A model generated the notes under the pieces. It worked only from the letters and a program-made list of their open reading frames with translations. It ran no database searches and was not told the origin of the DNA. From Candidatus Cloacimonadota bacterium (GTDB lineage: Bacteria; Cloacimonadota; Cloacimonadia; JGIOTU-2): DNA of 64,000 nt. The translations under genes and the position numbers were made by a program. Location: positions 1 through 64,000 of the forward strand of contig JBNGBT010000010.1 in NCBI GenBank assembly GCA_049903315.1. Reading direction: 5' to 3'. Positions within the stretch are counted from its first letter, which is position 1, and the number at the start of each line of letters is the position of its first letter. Positions 30,345-38,516 of this stretch are shown piece by piece.

Positions 30345-31562
30345 ATGAGTAAATGTAGAATTCCTTTAGGTCCTTTTCATCCATTATTGGAAGAAGCGGA
30401 ATTCTTTGATATAAAAGTCGAAGGTGAAAAAGTAGTTGATATCGAAATGGAAACCGGTTGGATGCATAGAGGTCATGAAAAGATCTCAGAGACCAAATCT
30501 TTTACACAATCAATATTTCTGGTTGAACGTATCTGCGGAATTTGTTCAACATCCCATCCTTTCGCAGCAGTGCATGCTATGGAAGATATAGATAATGTTG
30601 AAATTCCTGAAAGAGCACAATATATAAGAATTTTTATTGGTGAGATGGAACGTATTCACAGCCATCTGCTCTGGCTTGGTCTTGCCGGACATTTTATAGG
30701 ATATGACACGCTCTGGATGTGGGCTTGGAAATATCGTGAACCTGTTTTGCAAATTTTCGAAAAAGTATCCGGTAATAGAAATCACTATGCAATGATGCGT
30801 GTTGGTGGAGTAGGCAGAGATTTTGATAATTCCCTGATCCCAGAAATTCACCCTACTCTTGATATGATAGAGAAGAAAATGCTGATGATCGCTGGTGCTG
30901 CACAAGATGATCCTGTACTTCGCTCACGACTGAAAGGTGTTGGCGTTCTTACAAAAGAAGATGCAATAAATTATTGCGCTAATGGTCCAACTGCACGTGC
31001 ATCCGATGTTGATATAGACGTACGTCGAGATGATCCTCTCGAGTATGATCTCGTAGATTTTAACGTTATCGTTTTACCAAACGGAGACGTGTATGATAAG
31101 TTAGTTGTTCGTGTTCTCGAGATTATAGAGTCCATAAAAATTATCAGACAATGTCTCGAAGCATTTCCAAAAGTTGGAGGAGAATATTTAAATAAAGTGA
31201 AGCATATTTCCCCAGGAGAAGGATGCGGAAGATACGAAGCACCACGCGGCGAAGTTTTCCACTACATCAGAAGTGATGGGTCGAACCGACCTCTCCGTCA
31301 TAAAGTTCGTGCACCCAGTTTTTCAAATATTCCGACATATAAAGCTTCATGCGTAGGCATTCCTCTTGCTGATGCACTTATCACACTTGCTGCTGTTGAT
31401 CCATGCTATTGCTGTACAGAGCGAAGTATTCGTGTTGTCGATAAAAATAATAAGAAATTAGAACATAATCTATTAACCATGTCTCGTGAGAAAACTGCAC
31501 ATCTGAAAAAAGCAGTTGCAGGCAACGAGAAAACACCCATTGATAGAATTTTTGAAGATTAG
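30345..31562 (+). CDS. Group 4 [NiFe]-hydrogenase large subunit (MbhL/NuoD-like; group 4g-like architecture)
   Basis: GPFHP, HRGHEK, L1 RICGICSTSH, EAPRGE and L2 DPCYCCTER with all four metal-binding Cys, followed by a 45-aa C-terminal extension. Confidence 0.94.
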   Translation: MSKCRIPLGPFHPLLEEAEFFDIKVEGEKVVDIEMETGWMHRGHEKISETKSFTQSIFLVERICGICSTSHPFAAVHAMEDIDNVEIPERAQYIRIFIGEMERIHSHLLWLGLAGHFIGYDTLWMWAWKYREPVLQIFEKVSGNRNHYAMMRVGGVGRDFDNSLIPEIHPTLDMIEKKMLMIAGAAQDDPVLRSRLKGVGVLTKEDAINYCANGPTARASDVDIDVRRDDPLEYDLVDFNVIVLPNGDVYDKLVVRVLEIIESIKIIRQCLEAFPKVGGEYLNKVKHISPGEGCGRYEAPRGEVFHYIRSDGSNRPLRHKVRAPSFSNIPTYKASCVGIPLADALITLAAVDPCYCCTERSIRVVDKNNKKLEHNLLTMSREKTAHLKKAVAGNEKTPIDRIFED

Positions 31563-31587
31563 GAATTCAAGAAGAAAGGGTACATAA

Positions 31588-33402
31588 ATGTGGAATAATT
31601 ATCTTTTTTTGCTTGTCGTTATACCGATAATTGCAACCATTATTAATCTTTTTGTACCAAAGATTATAAAGAAACTTATCACTCTTGCTTCTGTGATTTG
31701 GTCGCTTGTGCTGAGCATCAAAGTATTCAGTGCAGCCGCTTTCAGCTTTTCTCTATTCGGTGTCACACTATTTCAGACTGATGTTTTATCAAAGTTCATT
31801 CTGCTTTTCATAAATATCTTGAGCACAATAATTCTGATTTACTGCCTGAAAAATGTAAAAAAGGAATATGAAGGAAAATTCTTCCTGCTTTTTACGCTGA
31901 CCGTGAGTTTCTGCAACGGTGTTGCCCTGAGTTCCAATATGATCGCTTTTATAATTTTCTGGGGACTTTCAGGTTTGCTTGTATATTTGTTTGGTATTTT
32001 AAACTCACCGAGAAGTGCAGAAAGCTCAAGAAAAGCATTTATTATCATTGGAACATCAGACGTGCTTCTTCTTTTCGGGTTGGTCGTCATGTACGTAATG
32101 ACCCAGAATTTCAATCTTTATCTAAACCAAATAACTCTTTCCAGTGTGTTGACCTACGTGGCATTTTTCTGCTTGCTTCTTGCTTCATTTGCAAAAGCCG
32201 GAGCTTTCCCGATGCATACCTGGCTTCCAGATTATGCAAAGGACGCTCCCATCGAAGCAGTCGCAGAACTCCCCGCTGCAATGGACAAGCTTCTCGGCAT
32301 TTATCTTTTTGCACGTATTATGATGCATCTCTTTGTCTATCCCTTTGCGATCCAGGGAATCATTATGATCATCGGCGCTTTGACGATTATTTTTGCTGTG
32401 ATGATGGCACTGGTTCAGCATAATGGCAGAAAGCTTCTCGGATATCATGCGGTCAGCCAGGTTGGTTATATGGTTCTGGGAATAGGAACCGGTAATCCAA
32501 TCGGTATAATTGGCGGACTTTTTCATATGCTTAACAATGCGATATACAAATCGAGCTTGTTCCTTTCTCTCGGTTCTGTTGAAAAAAGAACAGGAACTTC
32601 CGAGCTTGATGACCTTGGTGGACTAGCAAAAAAGATGCCGCTTACCTTTATCGCTGCATTAATAGGAGCTCTGTCGATTTCCGGTATTCCACCATTAAAT
32701 GGATTTTTCTCAAAATGGATGGTTTATCAAAGTGTTTTAAAAACTGCGTCACAGCATGGCTCGATCTGGCAGATAGTTCTGAATGTGTGCTTTGTGCTCG
32801 CAGTGTTCGGAAGCGCACTTACCCTAGCAAGCTTTGTTAAGTTCATCCATGCAATATTTTTGAGCAAATTACCAAAAAAATATGAAGGCGTGAAAGAGAT
32901 CAGCTTCAATAACTGGTTTGCAAACCTTTTACTTGGCGCTCTTTGTGTCATATTTGGAGTGCTCGTGTTTGCAATTCCGGTGAAGCTCTTCTTGCTTCCC
33001 ATCATTGGTGCAGGTACTATAAAAACATTGTTAATCGGATTCTATAGCTCGAAAGTTATTTTATATTTCTTTGCAGCTTCTATCCTGCTTGGTCTTATCA
33101 TCTATATTGTGTTTAAGAAGATCAGATTCGACGATGAATATGTCGGAACTTATCCTACGACTGACGAGCACAGGGCAACTGGTGTAGAGTTCTACAATGA
33201 AATCTCTTCAATGAAACCTTTCAATAAGATCTACGAGTGGGCAAATAAGAAATATTTTGATATATATAAATGGGGGACAGTGTTCTCCTTATGGCTTGGT
33301 GATGTTTTCCATAAACTGCATTCCGGACTGTTGCATACATATGCGATCTGGACGCTTGCAGGTCTGGTTGTAGTCACTATAATTTTATTAAGTGCAATTT
33401 AG
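31588..33402 (+). CDS. Antiporter-like subunit (NuoL/MrpA/HycC-type)
   Basis: AKAGAFPMHTWLP, LLGYHAVSQVGYM, FHMLNNAIYKSSLF and GIPPLNGFFSKW motifs. Confidence 0.9.
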   Translation: MWNNYLFLLVVIPIIATIINLFVPKIIKKLITLASVIWSLVLSIKVFSAAAFSFSLFGVTLFQTDVLSKFILLFINILSTIILIYCLKNVKKEYEGKFFLLFTLTVSFCNGVALSSNMIAFIIFWGLSGLLVYLFGILNSPRSAESSRKAFIIIGTSDVLLLFGLVVMYVMTQNFNLYLNQITLSSVLTYVAFFCLLLASFAKAGAFPMHTWLPDYAKDAPIEAVAELPAAMDKLLGIYLFARIMMHLFVYPFAIQGIIMIIGALTIIFAVMMALVQHNGRKLLGYHAVSQVGYMVLGIGTGNPIGIIGGLFHMLNNAIYKSSLFLSLGSVEKRTGTSELDDLGGLAKKMPLTFIAALIGALSISGIPPLNGFFSKWMVYQSVLKTASQHGSIWQIVLNVCFVLAVFGSALTLASFVKFIHAIFLSKLPKKYEGVKEISFNNWFANLLLGALCVIFGVLVFAIPVKLFLLPIIGAGTIKTLLIGFYSSKVILYFFAASILLGLIIYIVFKKIRFDDEYVGTYPTTDEHRATGVEFYNEISSMKPFNKIYEWANKKYFDIYKWGTVFSLWLGDVFHKLHSGLLHTYAIWTLAGLVVVTIILLSAI

Positions 33403-33418
33403 TTTTAAGGAGGCTTAA

Positions 33419-33958
33419 GTGCCAGTTGATGTTTGGTTGTACTTTATTTTAGGATTCATGATAATCGGTTCGATTGCCAGTCTGGAAATAAAGAACATAC
33501 TTTCTTCGATCATAACCATTGGTGTGGTTGGATTGGGTTTGTCTTTAGCATTCCTTTTCTTGGGAGCTCCGGACCTTGCACTTGTTCAGTTCGTGTTCGA
33601 AATTCTCTGTGTGATCATCTTGATTCGCGCATTTGCAAAACGTTCTATCGAAGTTCGTGCCCTCCGTAGAGATGTTCCCGAAACAGTTGTTGCAATTGTC
33701 ATACTTGCGAGCATTTTTGTGCTGAGTATTTTTGCATTCAAGGATCTGCCTTCATTCGGAAAGCCGATCGTGCGCGTCGCTGAGCGCTATCTCGCTCAAG
33801 CAGGAGTGGAAACCGGTTCTCAAAATATCGTCACCTCCGTTATTCTGAACTATAGGATATATGACACGCTTGGTGAGGTTACAGTGCTTTTTACTGCGAT
33901 CTTAGGTGCATTCACCATATTACGTAAAACAGGGAGGAAAAAAAGACATGCAGAATAA
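33419..33958 (+). CDS. MbhD-MbhE-like fusion (MrpA C-terminal / MrpB N-terminal parts)
   Basis: LGAPDLALVQ and NIVTSVILNYRIYDTLGEVTVLF motifs; GTG start after AAGGAGG. Confidence 0.88.
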   Translation: MPVDVWLYFILGFMIIGSIASLEIKNILSSIITIGVVGLGLSLAFLFLGAPDLALVQFVFEILCVIILIRAFAKRSIEVRALRRDVPETVVAIVILASIFVLSIFAFKDLPSFGKPIVRVAERYLAQAGVETGSQNIVTSVILNYRIYDTLGEVTVLFTAILGAFTILRKTGRKKRHAE

Positions 33959-34397
33959 TTTTCCCAATGAAGGTATGTCCGTAATTGTCAAAACAATTAC
34001 CCGATTTACTGTGTGGTTGATCTTCTTATACGGTCTTTATATAGTTCTTCATGGTCATCTTTCCCCAGGCGGCGGTTTTGCGGGCGGTGTGATCATTGCA
34101 CTTTCTTATGTTCACCTGACACTTGCATATGGTAAAAATTTTGTACTGGAGCGAGTAGATAAATTTGCGATGAGCAGTCTGGAATCTATTGCTGCGATCC
34201 TCTTTGTGCTTACAGGCATTATTGGCTTATATGTGATCGGCAATTTCCTTGCAAACTTTATGGGAATCGGCAAACTTTATACACTTATTAGTGCCGGATA
34301 CATCCCTATGTTAAACATATTTATTTGTGTGAAGGTCGGCATGGGATTGTATCTCGTGTTCTACTATTTAGCCAGTTTTAAACCCCAGGAAGGATAA
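33948..34397 (+). CDS. MrpB/MnhB/MbhF-like subunit
   Basis: HGHLSPGGGFAGG motif; start set at ATG 33948 after GGAGG. Confidence 0.9.
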   Translation: MQNNFPNEGMSVIVKTITRFTVWLIFLYGLYIVLHGHLSPGGGFAGGVIIALSYVHLTLAYGKNFVLERVDKFAMSSLESIAAILFVLTGIIGLYVIGNFLANFMGIGKLYTLISAGYIPMLNIFICVKVGMGLYLVFYYLASFKPQEG

Positions 34398-34400
34398 GAT

Positions 34401-34745
34401 ATGATATTATATATAATGTGCTTTTTCCTCTTTTTGGTTGGTGTATACGGCGCGATCACAAAAAGAGATCTGATTAAGATAATACTTGCAATTGGTATCA
34501 TGGGTTATTCCGTAAATCTATTCCTCGTTCTTCTTGCATACCGTACTGGTGCACTTGTTCCGATCCTGAAAGAAGGACTTAATATTCCTGCAAGCATGAT
34601 GGTCGATCCTATTCCTCAAGCTCTTGTCCTAACTTCTATTGTTATTGAACTTGGTGTCACTGCACTTATGGCTGCGCTTGCGATTAGGATCTATCAAAAA
34701 TATGACACATTTGATATTACGAAGATCAGGAGATTACAAGGATGA
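34401..34745 (+). CDS. MrpC/MnhC/MbhG-like subunit
   Basis: DPIPQALVLTSIVI motif, three TMs. Confidence 0.92.
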   Translation: MILYIMCFFLFLVGVYGAITKRDLIKIILAIGIMGYSVNLFLVLLAYRTGALVPILKEGLNIPASMMVDPIPQALVLTSIVIELGVTALMAALAIRIYQKYDTFDITKIRRLQG

Positions 34746-36247
34746 CACTATCACAGTTTATTTTCGTCCCTTTACTCGCCGCATTTCTCATAGCTCTCTT
34801 TGCCCGTAAAAAGGAAAATATCGCTGCTGCTATTGCACTGGCTGCCTGTGCGTGGCTATTGATCGTTTCGTTCATTGCGTTCTTTAAACTCCCTGCACAC
34901 GGAGGTATGATCCTCAACAACACAAGTGGATGGAGTATACCCTATACGATCAGCTTGATCCTGGATAATCTCTCGGCATTTATGCTGATAGTGGTGAACC
35001 TTGTTGCTTTTCTTTCTGCATTCTATGCAATACAGTATATAAATCATTTCAACGGCAAATGGAATTTTTTTGCACTTTTTATGCTGATGCTAACAGGAAT
35101 GAACGGAGTGATACTTACAGGAGACTTCTTCAATTTATATGTTTTCATGGAGATATCACTCATTTCCGCCTATGCTCTTGTTGCCTTTGGTACGGAATCT
35201 GAAGAGCTGGAGGCATCATTCAAATATGCGACAATGGGTGCAATTACATCTACCATGATTCTGTTCGGTATTGGAATACTCTACAGTTATACTTCCACGC
35301 TTACAATGGCAGATGTAGGGCTTCAGCTAAGAAATACCGGAACTCCAAAACTGCTTTTCCTTGTGTATGGTTTATTTATTGCGGGTTTTGGTTTGAAAAC
35401 AGCATTGGTTCCCTTCCATGCATGGCTTCCTGATGCACATCCCTCAGCCCCGGCTCCGATATCTGCAATGCTCTCAGGGGTGCTTATTAAAACACTGGGA
35501 GTCTATGCGATTGTGAGAATTTTCTTTAATGTATTCGGAGCACCAACTGTTGTACTGCAAATTCTCATGTTGCTTGGTACTCTTTCTATAGTGATTGGAG
35601 GATTTCTCTCTGTCGTGCAATGGGATTTCAAACGATTACTAGGATTCAGCAGTATTAGCCAGATTGGGTATGTTGTCGTTGGTTTTGCACTCGGCACACC
35701 TCTCGGTATTCTCGGTGGTATCTTACATCTTTTCTATCATTCGATCTTCAAATCACTGCTCTTCTTGGACAGTGGGGCTGTCGAATATGCGACCGACACA
35801 CGGGATTTACGCCAGTTAGGCGGTCTATCAAAAGAGATGAAGGTCACTTCTACGACGACAATGGTTGGCACTTTATCTATTTCAGGAATTCCGCCATTCA
35901 ATGGATTTTTCAGCAAACTCATCATTATCATTGCATGTATTTCTGCTGGACAGATCGTTGTGGGTATTATTGCAGCGTTAGTGAGTATTGTTACTCTCGC
36001 ATACTTCCTGAAAGTTCAAAAGCATGCATTCTTTGGCAAAAAGGGATCTGCAAAAGTACTTGAAAAAGTTCCCTTTGCTATGAAAACAGCGATGATCATC
36101 TTAGCTGCATTGTGCCTGATAACTTCCGCAATTATGATTCCCTCAATTAGAAAACAATATCTGAATCCCATAGTGGATACCGTTATGGGAAAAACTTCAT
36201 ATATCGACAAGGTCGAGCCCTATCTTGATAATGGGAGTGTTAAATGA
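34742..36247 (+). CDS. MrpD/MnhD/MbhH-like antiporter subunit
   Basis: DFFNLYVFMEI, LEASFKY, KTALVPFHAWLPDAHPSAPAPISAMLSG and GIPPFNGFFSK motifs. Confidence 0.93.
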   Translation: MTLSQFIFVPLLAAFLIALFARKKENIAAAIALAACAWLLIVSFIAFFKLPAHGGMILNNTSGWSIPYTISLILDNLSAFMLIVVNLVAFLSAFYAIQYINHFNGKWNFFALFMLMLTGMNGVILTGDFFNLYVFMEISLISAYALVAFGTESEELEASFKYATMGAITSTMILFGIGILYSYTSTLTMADVGLQLRNTGTPKLLFLVYGLFIAGFGLKTALVPFHAWLPDAHPSAPAPISAMLSGVLIKTLGVYAIVRIFFNVFGAPTVVLQILMLLGTLSIVIGGFLSVVQWDFKRLLGFSSISQIGYVVVGFALGTPLGILGGILHLFYHSIFKSLLFLDSGAVEYATDTRDLRQLGGLSKEMKVTSTTTMVGTLSISGIPPFNGFFSKLIIIIACISAGQIVVGIIAALVSIVTLAYFLKVQKHAFFGKKGSAKVLEKVPFAMKTAMIILAALCLITSAIMIPSIRKQYLNPIVDTVMGKTSYIDKVEPYLDNGSVK

Positions 36248-36747
36248 AGATAGAAACAAAGAGCAGGATCGTTGTCTTTATCCTTTCCGTATTAGTGTGG
36301 ATATTGATAACGATGGTTTTCAGTATTTCTTCCTTAGTCGCAGGCATTATCGTTGCATTGATAACCGCGATATTTGCTGGAGAGATGCTGATCGTTACAG
36401 AAAGAAAATTTCATCTTAAACGAGTATGGTACACACTTGAATATCTGGTAAAGTTTACATGGGAACTGATCAAAGCAAATTTCCATGTGGCATATATTGT
36501 GATTCACCCCCTCCTTCCTATCAAGCCCGGTATCGTGAAAGTGAGAACGAAACTCAAAAGAGATTCTGCACTAACCATGCTTGCCAATTCAATAACCCTA
36601 ACTCCCGGAACATTAACTGTTGATGTTGACGTCGATAATCAAGTTCTCTACGTGCACTGGATAGACGTAAAATGTACCGATATAGACGAAACCACGGAAG
36701 AAGTGGGTGGTCGCTTTGAAAAACTACTCGAGGAGATCTTTGAATGA
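36244..36747 (+). CDS. MrpE/MnhE/MbhA-like subunit
   Basis: LANSITLTPGTLTVD and LYVHWI motifs. Confidence 0.93.
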   Translation: MKIETKSRIVVFILSVLVWILITMVFSISSLVAGIIVALITAIFAGEMLIVTERKFHLKRVWYTLEYLVKFTWELIKANFHVAYIVIHPLLPIKPGIVKVRTKLKRDSALTMLANSITLTPGTLTVDVDVDNQVLYVHWIDVKCTDIDETTEEVGGRFEKLLEEIFE

Positions 36748-37085
36748 GAGTTTTTAGATGGTTTTTAGGTTTACTTTTCATTGCAGCATTCTTTATAATA
36801 AATTTTGTTGTATTCACTGAAATTCCCTTTAATTATAAGTTGATCAATGTGCTCCTTTTCTGCTCGCTGTTCATACTTATACGAGTGGTGAAAGGACCTT
36901 CAGTTGCAGATCGTATTGTTGCTATTGATATTCTAGGTATTCTGATCATAGGAATATGTGCGATACTTGCGATTGCATTGCAGCGCTCATATTTCATAGA
37001 TATTGGTATCGCCTGGGGTCTGCAGAGTTTTATCGGAGCTTTAGCGCTTGCCAAATTCTTAGAAGGGAGGTCACTCGATGCCTGA
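36744..37085 (+). CDS. MrpF/MnhF/MbhB-like subunit
   Basis: GPSVADRIVAID and LAKFLEG motifs. Confidence 0.92.
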   Translation: MRVFRWFLGLLFIAAFFIINFVVFTEIPFNYKLINVLLFCSLFILIRVVKGPSVADRIVAIDILGILIIGICAILAIALQRSYFIDIGIAWGLQSFIGALALAKFLEGRSLDA

Positions 37086-37437
37086 TCTTGCAATTAATCA
37101 AATTATCGGCTATGTAATTATTTGTATTGGCATCATTTTTGATCTTTTTGGTGTGCTCGGACTTGTACGCCTTCCCGATGTATATAACCGTCTTCAGGCA
37201 GCCACGAAGAGTGTGACTTTTGGTTCTGCAGGGATACTGTTCGGTGTGTTTGTCTATTCAGGTTTCAATGCAATGGGCTTCAAGGCAATCTTAGCTGCAA
37301 TATTTGTTCTTTTGACTTCACCCGTATCTGCACATGCTATTGCAAAAGCTGCCCACAAAGCAGGCATCAAATTGACCGACAAGACAATCATTGATCTATA
37401 TCGCCAGGATAAAGACAAGAGTGAGGAACAGAAATGA
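37078..37437 (+). CDS. MrpG/MnhG/MbhC-like subunit
   Basis: RLPDVYNRLQAATK and TSPVSAHAIAKAA motifs. Confidence 0.93.
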   Translation: MPDLAINQIIGYVIICIGIIFDLFGVLGLVRLPDVYNRLQAATKSVTFGSAGILFGVFVYSGFNAMGFKAILAAIFVLLTSPVSAHAIAKAAHKAGIKLTDKTIIDLYRQDKDKSEEQK

Positions 37438-38045
37438 TAATTCCAAAACTTAGAGAATTAGGTGAAGCAATAACATCACTTTTTTCAAAACCAATAACAA
37501 GTAAGTATCCTTTTACAAAGAAACCCTATGAACCGGTGAAACAGTTCAAAGGAAAGCCGATATATAATGAAGAAGAGTGTGTCGGCTGCGGCTCATGTGC
37601 TCAAGTATGTCCTGCTGGTGCGATTGAAATGATCGATATTCCAGAAGAAGGCAAGCGCATCATGCAGGTGAGTTATACACACTGTATTCGCTGTGGCCAA
37701 TGTGAGGAACATTGTATTACACAAAAAGGGATCAAGCTTTCTAATGAATACATCTCAGCTACTTTCAGCCCCGCGCGCGAAGCCGATATGATGAGTATAG
37801 AAAAGAAACTCATTGTCTGTCCTGTTTGTGGAACAAAGATCGCTACGGAAGATCATATGAACTGGCTTGCAGAAAAATTAGGTCCAAAAGCTTATGGTAA
37901 TCCAAATCTTCTCGCTTTCATTCAACTTCGCTATCAGGATCTCCCGGATGCAAAAATAAAGAAGGATAAACTTAGAAGAGAAGATTATTATAAATTGATG
38001 TGTCCGCGCTGTAGGCACCAGGTTGTTGTCGAAGATGCATTCTGA
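37434..38045 (+). CDS. NuoI/HycF/MbhN-like 2x[4Fe-4S] subunit with extra C-terminal CxxC pairs
   Basis: TSKYPF, CVGCGSCAQVCP, CIRCGQCEEHC, CPVCG and CPRCR motifs. Confidence 0.92.
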   Translation: MIIPKLRELGEAITSLFSKPITSKYPFTKKPYEPVKQFKGKPIYNEEECVGCGSCAQVCPAGAIEMIDIPEEGKRIMQVSYTHCIRCGQCEEHCITQKGIKLSNEYISATFSPAREADMMSIEKKLIVCPVCGTKIATEDHMNWLAEKLGPKAYGNPNLLAFIQLRYQDLPDAKIKKDKLRREDYYKLMCPRCRHQVVVEDAF

Positions 38046-38516
38046 TGAGTTAAAAAAATTATTTACATCCATAAAAGATAAACGAACCCTATTTGTGGGG
38101 CTGGGAAATTATCAACGCGGAGATGATGCCGCAGGTTTATATATTGTTGAGCAACTGCAATCAAAATGTAAAAAAAAAAAGTTACATATCTGATCGCAGA
38201 AACAACTCCAGAAAATTATTTGAATACCCTCATTTCCAAAGATATTGATATAATAATTTTTTTTGATGCGTGCAGGCTACCGTCAGATGCGGGAGAGGTA
38301 AAAATCTTAGATCCTAAAGAAATAAGCACATTCTCGACTTCTACGCATACGAGCTCCATGAGTGTGATCATCGACTATATTCATAAGTTATCTGATGTAA
38401 AGATCAAAGTAATTGGCATTAATGTAAAAAGTGCTCATTTAGGAACGGAAATTTCACCGGAAATAAAAGAGAGTGCTGATTCTCTTATAATGATGATAAA
38501 AAATGCAACAAGCTGA
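38035..38516 (+). pseudogene. hycI: Hydrogenase maturation protease (HycI family) split by a frameshift at an A11 tract
   Basis: Frame from ATG 38035 gives MHSDELKKLFTSIKDKRTLFVGLGNYQRGDDAAGLYIV...CKKKKLHI, stop 38191-38193; the -1 frame from 38181 gives VTYLIAETTPENYL...IIFFDAC...STSTH...; one extra A restores a 160-aa protein. Confidence 0.88.

Noticed and set aside
30345..31562. Possibility that the complex is Ehr/Mbx/Nuo rather than a true hydrogenase
   Set aside because: Both CxxC Ni-binding motifs are intact and hyp/hycI genes follow
38191..38193. TGA in hycI as selenocysteine or readthrough
   Set aside because: The conserved downstream motifs are in a different frame, so readthrough would not restore the protein
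38220..38516. 98-aa ORF as a stand-alone gene
   Set aside because: It is the C-terminal part of hycI and lacks the N-terminal GNxxxGDD motif
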